From: Waterburya sp.
Lineage (GTDB): Bacteria > Cyanobacteriota > Cyanobacteriia > Cyanobacteriales > Xenococcaceae
Length of the DNA stretch: 64,000 bases
Assembly: GCA_965217895.1 (NCBI GenBank)
Contig: CBDCJV010000002.1
Coordinates: forward strand, 3,456,001 to 3,520,000
Direction of reading: 5' to 3'
Shown here: piece by piece, positions 1 to 9,661 of the stretch
Layout: every line of letters begins with the position of its first letter
How positions within the stretch are numbered: the first letter of the stretch is position 1
Translations under genes and position numbers: made by a program
The notes under the pieces: model-generated
What the model was told of the DNA's origin: nothing
The model's input: only the letters and a program-made list of their open reading frames with translations
Database searches by the model: none

Positions 1-98
1 CATAACCACAGCCGATAATTAATGCTTTCATTAAACCTCTTGTCTATATATAACGACTAACATTGATCAATGATCATTGTTCATTGATCAATGTTAAA

Positions 99-2750
99 TT
101 ACTGCCAGTTGCCGACTAAAACATAAGCAGCCCAATAATAGGGGTGGGGAGGTAGTTGTTTCAGTTCGGGGTTGAGGGGATTAGCTTTTAAAGACTCAAT
201 TAAAGATACTTGAGCTTTTTGCAGTGCATCTGCCTTATTGACGGTAGAACGTTTAAACTCTCGATAAAATTGACTCATTAATTGAGATGTGGACGCATCT
301 TCAACAGACCACAACGAAGCTAGAGTAGTAGTTCCAGAGCGTACCGCAACTCCAGCAAAGCCTAGTACAGCCCGCTCATCTCCCGTGGCAGTATCGCAGG
401 CACTAAGTACCAATAGTTCTGGTTTTGTGCCGTCGGCGGTTAACAGCTTACTTAAAGTATTAATACCAATCAGATGGCGATCGCCCGTTACAATAAAGGT
501 TTGGTTGGGGTCGGAACTAAATACTCCGTGGGTCGCTAAATGAACTATGGGAAAACCATTTTGTAGCAGCTTTTCAATTCTAGCTTGAGTAAATTCTTGA
601 TTGAGCAACTGGCGAGACTGAGGAAAAACAGACTCGATTTGATTTAATTCTCTGGGAACATTGCTTAAAGCAGGAAAAATATCTCCTTTGATTTCTACTT
701 GCTGGCTTAACCCCGCAGCCAACACCTTGATTTGTTTTTTTGGCTTTGACTGGGTATCAAGCAATTGTAAACCAGGGGCGAGTGCCACAGCATAATTTTC
801 TAATAAATATTGCTTGCCGTCGTAAAGTGCAGCCATCGGCACATTTTGTAAACGTCCATTAAGGACAAATACCAGAGTTTTGATTTGCTTGGCTTCTAAT
901 TCTGTGGTCAAAGGTTCAATTAACCAACTGTAAACCTTTTCTAGAGTAGGCAACAAGGTTAAAGTATTTTCAGTTAACTCTTGAGGATTAATCGGCGTGG
1001 TGCTAAAAATATTAACGGCGGAATTATCAACGCTTTGATTGTACAAACTGTCATAGAGTAAATCCAAGGTTTGATTGACGCTTGCTTCTGGGATCGAGGT
1101 AGTAAATTTTTGTAGAGGCTGCCCCGCTATAGAAAGAATTACTTCTAAGCGATCGCTTAAAACAATCGGATAAATTACTGCTGCTTGGGAATCTAACTCA
1201 TCAATAGTGACGGTAGCATCAGCAGTTTGCGAGCAAGGATCTTGAAAGAAGTTATCTAATTCAGCTAGCTGCAAAGATTCTATGACTTGACGGGCTAACT
1301 CTAAGTTAGGATCGGGATCGTTTTTAGCATTAGTTACATTAATCGCGGTCAGAGATTTTGCCCGAGCCATATTATTGTTACTGTCTGTTTGTAAAAGTAA
1401 GTTAGCCAAGCTAAGATAAACGGGCTTTACTTCTTGGAGAAAGTCAAATTGAACTAGCTGATTGTTGGCATTTAAGTCGGTGCGTAAGGACTGAAGAGTA
1501 TTAAACGCCGAGATATAAGCCTCTGTTGCCTCTGCTGTTTTACCTTCTTGCTTTAATAGTTTTCCTAATTGAGACTGCCAAAGATACATTACTTCTCTAG
1601 CATCCCCGTTGACGTTTTGAGTTTGGGCTAAAATTAATGCCTGGTTGGTTAAAGCGATCGCTTTATTTGTCTGACCTTTTTGACCATAATATTGAGCTAG
1701 GTATCCTAAAGCATAGCTTTCACTCCGCGTATCCTGTATGGTTTGAGCCTGCTGTAAAGCTGTTTGCAAGATTGTTTCAATTTTGGCTGTATATCCTAGT
1801 TGGCTCAAACTTTTGGAATAGTTGATCAGGGCATAAATTCCTTGACGAGTTGGGGGGAGTTGTCGCCAACTGGCATCAATAGCAGCAACAAGAGTATTTT
1901 TAGCTGGATCTAGCTTTTGGTTTAGCAAAGCCGTAAAATTATTGGCTGCTTTAACTAATTCTGTCTGGTCAAGTCGTTGCCAGGATCTTAAACGGCGATT
2001 GGTTTGCTGTTGCCACCAGTTTTCGATCTTAATTAGTAAAGACAGGTGATTGAGTTGCGCCTGGACTTGAGTAATTGGTAAAGTACGCTGATTAGAGGCA
2101 GCTTGTTCGTAAGCCTGAAAAGATTCTAGATAGGGCTTGAGGGCAAGATTGGGGTCTTGACGGTCGATGATTTCGGTCATTTTATCGTAGCTCTGGCGAT
2201 CGCGAGTTTGATTACCTAAGGCTGCTTCTACATTCCCCAGAGCGAGTAAAGTTGCCCCTAATTCGGCAGGATTTGAGCTAGCAGCTTGGCTTAACTTTAA
2301 TAGTTTTTGAGAGCGAGTTAACATTCCCTTGTGCTGCAAAACGCTGCCCAAGCTACGTAAACCAATGCCTTGGGTGCTAGTCAAGCGGGATTTGGCTGAG
2401 ACGGTGACATTATCAATCAGCTTATCTATTCGTTCACCATTGCAGTCAGGATATTTGATTTCAAATGCCTCTAACAATGTTTTACAGGCTCTAGGGTAAA
2501 GTCCTAAATTTTGTAGAGCTTGAGCCTGATCGATCAAACTTGTAGTTCTGCCTAGGCGATCGCCCGACTCTTCATATACTGCTGCTGAGTTTTGCCAGGT
2601 AGTTGCTGCCTGGATCAATCTACCTGCCTGATATAGTTGTTGAGCCTGGACAGCTAACTGTAATCCACTTATTTCTTGAGACTGGGCTGGCAGACGAAAA
2701 GCGATCGCCAAGCTAGCTGAAACTATAAAAATTATAAGACGACGGTACAT
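99..2750 (-). CDS. CHAT domain (caspase-like) protein with TPR repeats and signal peptide
   Basis: C-terminal CHAT motifs VHLATHG, LVLSACDTA, ASLWSVED, HPYYWAAYVLVGNW; helical TPR-like N-terminal part. Confidence 0.92.
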   Translation of the reverse strand: MYRRLIIFIVSASLAIAFRLPAQSQEISGLQLAVQAQQLYQAGRLIQAATTWQNSAAVYEESGDRLGRTTSLIDQAQALQNLGLYPRACKTLLEAFEIKYPDCNGERIDKLIDNVTVSAKSRLTSTQGIGLRSLGSVLQHKGMLTRSQKLLKLSQAASSNPAELGATLLALGNVEAALGNQTRDRQSYDKMTEIIDRQDPNLALKPYLESFQAYEQAASNQRTLPITQVQAQLNHLSLLIKIENWWQQQTNRRLRSWQRLDQTELVKAANNFTALLNQKLDPAKNTLVAAIDASWRQLPPTRQGIYALINYSKSLSQLGYTAKIETILQTALQQAQTIQDTRSESYALGYLAQYYGQKGQTNKAIALTNQALILAQTQNVNGDAREVMYLWQSQLGKLLKQEGKTAEATEAYISAFNTLQSLRTDLNANNQLVQFDFLQEVKPVYLSLANLLLQTDSNNNMARAKSLTAINVTNAKNDPDPNLELARQVIESLQLAELDNFFQDPCSQTADATVTIDELDSQAAVIYPIVLSDRLEVILSIAGQPLQKFTTSIPEASVNQTLDLLYDSLYNQSVDNSAVNIFSTTPINPQELTENTLTLLPTLEKVYSWLIEPLTTELEAKQIKTLVFVLNGRLQNVPMAALYDGKQYLLENYAVALAPGLQLLDTQSKPKKQIKVLAAGLSQQVEIKGDIFPALSNVPRELNQIESVFPQSRQLLNQEFTQARIEKLLQNGFPIVHLATHGVFSSDPNQTFIVTGDRHLIGINTLSKLLTADGTKPELLVLSACDTATGDERAVLGFAGVAVRSGTTTLASLWSVEDASTSQLMSQFYREFKRSTVNKADALQKAQVSLIESLKANPLNPELKQLPPHPYYWAAYVLVGNWQ

Positions 2751-2757
2751 TTAAGTA

Positions 2758-2803
2758 GGTGGGTAGTAGGTAGTAAGTAGTAAGTAGTAAGTAGTAAGTA
2801 GTA
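2758..2803. repeat. Short tandem heptamer repeat (TAGTAAG)n, STRR-like
   Basis: ggtagtaggtagtaagtagtaagtagtaagtagtaagtagta between CHAT and TpsB genes. Confidence 0.8.
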
Positions 2804-2834
2804 TTCAAAAGCTTATAGCTACAAACGAAGTTTG

Positions 2835-4757
2835 TTAAAAAAGCTTATATTCTAGCTGTAGATAAACTCCATCTTCTTGCACAGTGCCACCTTTTACATC
2901 TTGATGCAGCAGAGGAATACCCCAGTCTACACGAGTCAATAATCGGTCTTCTGTTTGTAAGATTAGACCAAATCCCGTTCCCAACAAAGTATTAAACTCT
3001 GTCTTTTCCCCATCAGTGTTCCATCCCGTACCAAAATCAACAAAAGGACTAACCTGGAGCGTCGCACCAACTTTTGATAAGCGAGCAATAGGCAAACGCA
3101 ATTCTGCAGAGGCAGAAAAACCATTATCTGTCAGTAAAGCATCTTGACGATAACCTCTTACCGTTGCTGCACCACCTAAGCTAAATTGTTCCGTAGAGAT
3201 TAAAGGATCTGCTGCTAACTGTAGTTCTGAGCGTAATAAAATTGTCGAACCTATAGCAGGATCGCCTTTAGGAGTACTTAATAGCCGTAAATAGGATAGC
3301 TGTCCTCGCCAGCTAAAGAACTGACCGTCAGGTTCTTCCTGCTTAATTGTTGCGCCAAGGGCATCCACACCTAAAGTAAATTGCGAACGGGCAGCAATTA
3401 CCTGTTGGCGATTGCGCTGTAACCATTCTTGACCAAAACTGAGAGTAGAAGTATTAATTCTGCCCTTGCTATCTGCCCCTGGAGAGATACCTTCAGAAAC
3501 GCCTTGAATAGTAGTCTGACTTTCTCGTCTTGATGCTGTAAAGTTGAGTGCCAATTCTTGACTGAGCTGAGCATTAGCTTTTTGAAATATGGGTTGTCGC
3601 CAAGTTAAATCATAGTTATTAGAATTGATCTGAATATCTGCTTCATCAAAGGGAGATTCGACTATTTGGTTGTCGCCCAAACGAACATTAAAGTTGAGAG
3701 AACCATCACTAGCGTTTATAGGTAGAGTATAGCTGCCTCGGTATTCGTTACTCCCATCGGTGTTGTTGTAACCCACAAAAAAGCGATCGCCAATGCCGAA
3801 TAAGTTGGCTTCTTCTAGGTTGATACCTCGCTCAAAGCTACCAATACTAGGATTGCGATTATTATTGAGCCTGGTTGCTACACTAAAGGTATCTGCCCCC
3901 GTCACCGATACGGTCAAGGAATTAGTCCCTGGTTCAATACCCGCCGATAATTCTGCGTTCAGGCTCTCAATTAGAGGATTAAGCTGTAGTAATTGGAGAG
4001 CTTCTTGCAGTTTATTAATATTTAGGGGCGTGGCAATCTTAGAAGTTAGGCGATCGCGAATGTAGCTTTCACTCAATCTGCCCTTCAGGATATCTACCTC
4101 AATATCTGCTAAACGACCCTCCACTACCTGAATTTGCACCACTCCAGAGCTTAAATTTTGTTCGGGAACATAAGCCCCAGAGGTGATATAGCCTTTTTTA
4201 ACATATAGCTGGGTGATAGCGTTTGCTGCCTGTACTAGTTGGGCAAAGGAAATAGGTTTATCGGTAAAAGGCGCGATCGCCGCCTTTAATTCTGCCTGGC
4301 TAAATACCGTACTCCCCACAAACTTAAACTTCTCCACCACGATCGTCCCAGGAATATCTAAGACAGATCCAGGTAGAGGAGGAGCATTGAATTCGTTTAA
4401 AGGATTAGAATTTGGGGGTAAGGGTTTAGGTTGAGGCGGACGAGGGCGATCGGGAGGTAGAGGCACTATAGACTGAGCAAAAACAGCAACGGGATAACGA
4501 GCCATAGCTAACAAAAAAAACAAGCCATAAGCCAATAGTCTTGCTAGCTTTTTAATACCTCGACCTTGATACGCCACAGAAGAACCAAAGCCAAAAATTA
4601 AAGCTCGATATAGTAAAAGCTCCCATTGAGTTATCTTGAGTTGATGTTTAACCCCCACTCTAAATTCATCATGATCCAAACTAATTAGAGATTTAGGAGC
4701 TTTTTGAGGCTGATACAAATTGACTTTCGGTCTAGCCGACCGTGACTCAGCGAACAT
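2835..4757 (-). CDS. ShlB/FhaC/HecB family two-partner secretion outer membrane transporter (TpsB); true start probably downstream of ORF start
   Basis: POTRA-like region (YVKKGYITSGAY...QVVEG), VRGYRQD motif, C-terminal aromatic residue; adjacent to TpsA-like gene. Confidence 0.9.
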   Translation of the reverse strand: MFAESRSARPKVNLYQPQKAPKSLISLDHDEFRVGVKHQLKITQWELLLYRALIFGFGSSVAYQGRGIKKLARLLAYGLFFLLAMARYPVAVFAQSIVPLPPDRPRPPQPKPLPPNSNPLNEFNAPPLPGSVLDIPGTIVVEKFKFVGSTVFSQAELKAAIAPFTDKPISFAQLVQAANAITQLYVKKGYITSGAYVPEQNLSSGVVQIQVVEGRLADIEVDILKGRLSESYIRDRLTSKIATPLNINKLQEALQLLQLNPLIESLNAELSAGIEPGTNSLTVSVTGADTFSVATRLNNNRNPSIGSFERGINLEEANLFGIGDRFFVGYNNTDGSNEYRGSYTLPINASDGSLNFNVRLGDNQIVESPFDEADIQINSNNYDLTWRQPIFQKANAQLSQELALNFTASRRESQTTIQGVSEGISPGADSKGRINTSTLSFGQEWLQRNRQQVIAARSQFTLGVDALGATIKQEEPDGQFFSWRGQLSYLRLLSTPKGDPAIGSTILLRSELQLAADPLISTEQFSLGGAATVRGYRQDALLTDNGFSASAELRLPIARLSKVGATLQVSPFVDFGTGWNTDGEKTEFNTLLGTGFGLILQTEDRLLTRVDWGIPLLHQDVKGGTVQEDGVYLQLEYKLF

Positions 4758-7700
4758 GACAGTCAGATGAATTAAACTGTGAATTATTAGTAGTAGCCGT
4801 AGACTGAGCAGTTAAAACTACTACCCCCTTACTGTTTACATACCAGTTGTGAGCAGGAGCAGGCAACTTACTAGAGGATTCTAGGTTTTTATTTCGATCT
4901 GTCTGAGCTTGATTTTGAGGTAGACCAACGCTGACAATAGACTCGCTACTTAGAGTGTCATTGGGACGATTGGGCAAGCCTCCTCGACCACTAATGGTAA
5001 GCTGGCTGGCATTCGGCTTTTGTTCTCCTGAGCAAGCTTGTGCTACTGCCTCTTCTGGCTGCTTTAGCTTAATGGGAACGTTGACAATTTCTAAATTGGG
5101 ATTAGGTTCTAAAGTATTAATGTTGACTATGCCATCGATACCGAGCCTAGAACTAGCACTCACAACGCATTCATCACAAATAAATAGTCCTTGAGCATCA
5201 ATATTAATATTGCCCCCTTTGCCAGTGTTGGCATCGGCAGCTAATTTACTTGCTTCTAAAACAACCAGATTTCTGCCTTTAATACTGATATTGCCACCGT
5301 CGGCATCACCAGCGGCGGTTGTAGTACTGTTTCCTTTCCAAAAAATATTGCCAGCATCAATATTAATGTTGCCTCCTTTGCCAGTGCTGGTGGCAGCAGA
5401 AATTGTCCCCCGGTCATCAAGTAAAATGGAATCTTCAACTTCAATATTTAAATTTCCTGCACTTCCAGTTCCCAAACTTTGAGCATCAATGCCTGCTCCA
5501 CCTTGAATAGTCAATTCCTTAGCAGTAAGATTAATATCACCTGAATCACCACTTGCTTCAAATTCTGGAAAAGCTGCTCTTCCAGAAGCTGCGATTAAAC
5601 CGCCTCTTTGTAGATTGCTTATAGTAGTTGCGCCAGTTAGTTCAATCGAATCTTTGGCATTAATCGTTAAATTTCCTCCATTTCCTGAACCTACAGTTGT
5701 AGCAGCTATTTCTGAACCATCGCCAAGGGACAAGTTGCCAGTAAAAATCTCAATATTACCTGCCGTACCGCTGTTAAAAGAACTGGTAAAAATGCCGCTG
5801 ACAAATCTGGGGTCGGTTGAGATACCTGCAATTTTAATTGTGTCATCCACTTGAATTAAAATATTTCCACTCTCGCCTTTAGCTGCAAGATTTAAATTTC
5901 CACCCACAAATGCTCCTGTGGTGCTGGTGACCAAAGCATCGTTGATGAATAAGTTGGCAGTTTTTAAGTTGATATCACCTCCTTTACCATCGCCAATACT
6001 GGTATTGGCATAAATTCCTGTAAATATCAGGGCGTTATCAGGGGTATTTTTTAAGTCGATCATTTCGGCTGCATTGATATTTATACCGCCAGCATTAGCA
6101 TTACCAAAAGTAGCATTACTGATTGCTCCTCCCTCTTTGATCGTTAACCGTTCTGTATCCACGGCAATATTTCCCCCTGAACCAAGATTGGAACTATTTG
6201 CCAGTGCCACACTCGATAATGCCGAACCAACTATTTCAATATCAGCAGCATTTACAGTAATATCTCCGCCATTACCACTGGCAAAGATAGGACTAAAGAC
6301 AATTGCTCCATCCGTAAGACTTAAAGAATTGGTATCAATTTGTAGATTTCCTCCCATGCCATCAGCAGCAGTGCCAATGAATATTCCTGTACCTCTAGTG
6401 CCTGGTTTTAGTGAACCATTTAAAACAGATGCTTGAAAGGCTTGTTGAAACTGCTCAAATCCTTGACCTTTAATATTAAAAGATTCGGCAATATTTAAAG
6501 AAATATCGCCTCCATTTCCTGAACCAAAGCTCGTAGTGGTAATGTAGGCGCGATCGCTTATATTTAAAGAGTTAGCAGCAATTGTAATTTCGCCCCCATC
6601 ACCAGCACCAAAGTTATCACTTTGTATTTGACTACCACTAGTTAGGTTGATTGAGTCAGCTACTTCTAGATTAATTGTGCCTCCTGTTCCTCCCTCAATC
6701 GCCGCGCTGATTCCTCCACCATTGCTTAAATTGATTGAATTGGCTTTAACGGCTAAATTGCCAGCATTTCCCGTTCCATCATTACGAACCGTTAACTGTC
6801 CACCATTCTTAACTTGCAGTTGAGGAGTGTTAATAGTTACACTGCCAGAGTTACCGCTAGGTCGATCTGGTAAACCAAGAAACTGTCGTAGTTCAGGGTC
6901 GAGGATGTTAGCTGAGGCAATAATCAAACTAGGGTTAAGAGAATCTGGAACTGTTCCCGTTACTTCAATAGAATCTGAAGCATTAATAGTTAAATTCCCT
7001 GCATTACCTGAAGCCGTAGCGGACGCATCTACTCTCCCTCCATCTTGAACTATTAAATTTTTCGTCTCCAACGAGACATTTCCTGCATTTCCCGCTCCGC
7101 CACTGCCTGCTGTTATTTGGCTAGGGGCAAAAGCAATGGGGTTAATGCCAATCAGTTTAATTGAGTCTGAGGCATTAACATTGATATTTCCTCCAGAGCC
7201 AGTACCCGAACCTCCCGTTACAGAGGCTACATTTCCTCCGCCCAAAGCTGTAAAATTTCCAGTTGTTATGTCTATTGAACCTGCATTTCCCACACCATAA
7301 GCTTGAGCCGAAACAGTGCTAAATTTATTAGGATTTATCTGAGCAAATCCGACTACTTGAAAATCATCAGCAATATTGAGTGTTAAGTTGCCTGATGCTG
7401 CTGCACCAAAACTTGAAGCAATAATACTTGCTCCCCCTGTAACTTCTAACTTAGGAGTGTTAACAGAAATTGCTCCTCCATTCCCACTAGCCAATGCTTC
7501 GGTAAACAAACCGCTACTAACAAAGCTGTCTTTACTAGTGCCATTAATGGATAAAGATTTAGCTGCATCAACCGTTAAGTTACCTGATACTCTCTCCCCT
7601 TGATTTTGAATCAATACAACAGAACCATCATTGACGTTAACTGCATCACCCTGTAGGTGAATTGAGCCACTATCTTTTCCACTAGCATCCACTAAAGCCT

Positions 7701-8487
7701 GTTGGGTTAGATTAATATCCTTAAACGCCGATACATTTTCATAGCTTAGGGAGAAATTTTGTGACCCAAAATCAAGATTAACTATTCCCTCAGCGACACT
7801 ACCTAATTCAATTCTTCCTGACTCAGAAGCTACAGCCCCACCTGTAAAGGTAATATCCCCTCCAACCAAGCCCAGAGTTTTTCCCGACTGTAATTTTAAT
7901 CCTGTTACCTCTCCTCTATTAAACGGGAAGAAGATCGGATTCTCCAAGCTGAGATTATTTCCTGTTCCCTGGACATTAATTGCCCCTGAATTTTGCCCTA
8001 GCTGTAAACCAATGGGTACACTTACTGTTAACAAAGGTGACTGGGAATCATTCGCGCTAAATACTGTGCCGTCCTCAAAAATAATGCTATTAGCAGTGCT
8101 ACCTAAAAAAGAGCCACCAATATCTAAACGAGCATTGGCTCCGAAGTTAATGCCATTAGGATTAATTAAAATTAGGTTAGAGTTTCCATTGGCTTTAATT
8201 AAGCCATCAATGTTTGAAACAGTACCACCTGTAACTCGACCAATAATATTTTTAATATTGACAGCATTATTAAAAAAAGCCGTACCTGTCGAAGTGAGGG
8301 AAAATTCTTGAAAGCTATGAAATAAATTTTCACCTTTAGTAGTTCCTCCCGTAATCTCTGAGACATTATCGGTTTGGTTAACCTCTGTGCCAACGCTGTT
8401 ATCACTTTGAACTTGAGCTTTAACAGGATTGACATAACTAAAGAACAAACATCCCAAAATACTGCTGGTAGTTAAAAAACGATTCAT
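4747..8487 (-). CDS. Filamentous haemagglutinin N-terminal domain protein (TpsA-like exoprotein)
   Basis: NLFHSFQEFS, NPNGINFG TPS motifs; GNAGN/GGDI beta-helix repeats; C-terminal GRGGLP motif. Confidence 0.93.
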   Translation of the reverse strand: MNRFLTTSSILGCLFFSYVNPVKAQVQSDNSVGTEVNQTDNVSEITGGTTKGENLFHSFQEFSLTSTGTAFFNNAVNIKNIIGRVTGGTVSNIDGLIKANGNSNLILINPNGINFGANARLDIGGSFLGSTANSIIFEDGTVFSANDSQSPLLTVSVPIGLQLGQNSGAINVQGTGNNLSLENPIFFPFNRGEVTGLKLQSGKTLGLVGGDITFTGGAVASESGRIELGSVAEGIVNLDFGSQNFSLSYENVSAFKDINLTQQALVDASGKDSGSIHLQGDAVNVNDGSVVLIQNQGERVSGNLTVDAAKSLSINGTSKDSFVSSGLFTEALASGNGGAISVNTPKLEVTGGASIIASSFGAAASGNLTLNIADDFQVVGFAQINPNKFSTVSAQAYGVGNAGSIDITTGNFTALGGGNVASVTGGSGTGSGGNINVNASDSIKLIGINPIAFAPSQITAGSGGAGNAGNVSLETKNLIVQDGGRVDASATASGNAGNLTINASDSIEVTGTVPDSLNPSLIIASANILDPELRQFLGLPDRPSGNSGSVTINTPQLQVKNGGQLTVRNDGTGNAGNLAVKANSINLSNGGGISAAIEGGTGGTINLEVADSINLTSGSQIQSDNFGAGDGGEITIAANSLNISDRAYITTTSFGSGNGGDISLNIAESFNIKGQGFEQFQQAFQASVLNGSLKPGTRGTGIFIGTAADGMGGNLQIDTNSLSLTDGAIVFSPIFASGNGGDITVNAADIEIVGSALSSVALANSSNLGSGGNIAVDTERLTIKEGGAISNATFGNANAGGININAAEMIDLKNTPDNALIFTGIYANTSIGDGKGGDINLKTANLFINDALVTSTTGAFVGGNLNLAAKGESGNILIQVDDTIKIAGISTDPRFVSGIFTSSFNSGTAGNIEIFTGNLSLGDGSEIAATTVGSGNGGNLTINAKDSIELTGATTISNLQRGGLIAASGRAAFPEFEASGDSGDINLTAKELTIQGGAGIDAQSLGTGSAGNLNIEVEDSILLDDRGTISAATSTGKGGNINIDAGNIFWKGNSTTTAAGDADGGNISIKGRNLVVLEASKLAADANTGKGGNINIDAQGLFICDECVVSASSRLGIDGIVNINTLEPNPNLEIVNVPIKLKQPEEAVAQACSGEQKPNASQLTISGRGGLPNRPNDTLSSESIVSVGLPQNQAQTDRNKNLESSSKLPAPAHNWYVNSKGVVVLTAQSTATTNNSQFNSSDCHVR

Positions 8488-9132
8488 TTCAGGTTAAATA
8501 ATATGAACAATGGGTTTGACCGTTTATATCAAACGTGGCGGACTAATCTGTGACTAAACAACTAACTTTAGTCTCACTTAACTGATATTAAGCGATTTTG
8601 TTGGTTTGCAAAGATTAGAAAATGAGAAGCAGCAAAGACTAGATGCGAGTAAGGCTTTAGCCGCAACTAGTACCCCTTTCTTGCGTATGAAGCCTCAAGT
8701 CGCAGACCCGCAACGAACTGTTTCGCTTTTCGCACTCGTCCGCAGATTAGGGCGGTACGCTTTCCCAGTCTCAACCGATTAATTTGTTTCTTAGGAGTTA
8801 CTTAAATAATTTGCTGGACTAATTACTATTTCTATATGATTAAGTATCATTTAAAGCCAGCAAAATATACAGATGGGAGAAAAATGTAATAAATATTAGC
8901 GATGTAAACAGCAACTTCAGCAGTCTGTAACCTTTTAAATTCAATTATTGTCAAAGATGTGCTGGCAGGATTCTCAATTAAGTTACTTTAAATTAGGTTA
9001 CTTAGATTACTTTTAAAATACTTTTTTTGCTACAATCAATTACTACTTCACTGTAGTAACTAATATAATTTATTACTGCAATATCTAAAAATATTCAGTA
9101 TTTTCTAGAGTATCTTAGATAAGAAAGCAACT

Positions 9133-9654
9133 ATGAAAAATTTAAATATTTGGGCAAAGTTAGTAGCCTTTCCAACATTAGCTATAGCAGCAGTAATTTC
9201 ATTTGCGGGGCGAGGAGAAACAGCCAACACGTTAAAAGTAAGTTGCGATCGCCAAACTTCTACTCCTACAGTAGTTGCCACATTCTCTAACCAAGCTCGT
9301 TCTCAAGTCACACCGATATTATCTTTTTTACCGCAATATTTTTCACCTCAAGAAGCTTCGCTAAATTGTAATAGTACTGCTCAAAAGTTAGATGCTATTT
9401 ACAGTCAGGGTAAAATGAACTATTTAGCCAGCGATACCATTAATAAACAGCCAGTAGTCTGTGCAGTTTCTAGAAGAGGTTTAAGATGTGATAGCTACAG
9501 TAGCCAAATTCTATTTTCCCTCAGCAAGCCTGTCAGTCCTACAGAGCTTTTGTACGATATGCTGGGAAAAGATTTTAAAGGTTCACAAGTCCCTTCTTCT
9601 CGAACAGTTAGCCGTATCTATACCGATTTAAGGCAGAGTTGGTGGCCTTTTTAA
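9133..9654 (+). CDS. COP23 domain-containing secreted protein
   Basis: Signal peptide; YFSPQ..C, NKQPVVCAV...C...LFSL pattern typical of cyanobacterial COP23. Confidence 0.75.
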   Translation: MKNLNIWAKLVAFPTLAIAAVISFAGRGETANTLKVSCDRQTSTPTVVATFSNQARSQVTPILSFLPQYFSPQEASLNCNSTAQKLDAIYSQGKMNYLASDTINKQPVVCAVSRRGLRCDSYSSQILFSLSKPVSPTELLYDMLGKDFKGSQVPSSRTVSRIYTDLRQSWWPF

Positions 9655-9661
9655 TAAATGA

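Noticed and set aside
2758..2803. Possible CRISPR array (also 37072, 44138, 54256)
   Set aside because: Simple 7-nt tandem repeats without spacers; no cas genes in the window
4955..8311. Many plus-strand ORFs inside the TpsA gene
   Set aside because: Antisense shadows of the repetitive Gly/Asn-rich beta-helix coding sequence
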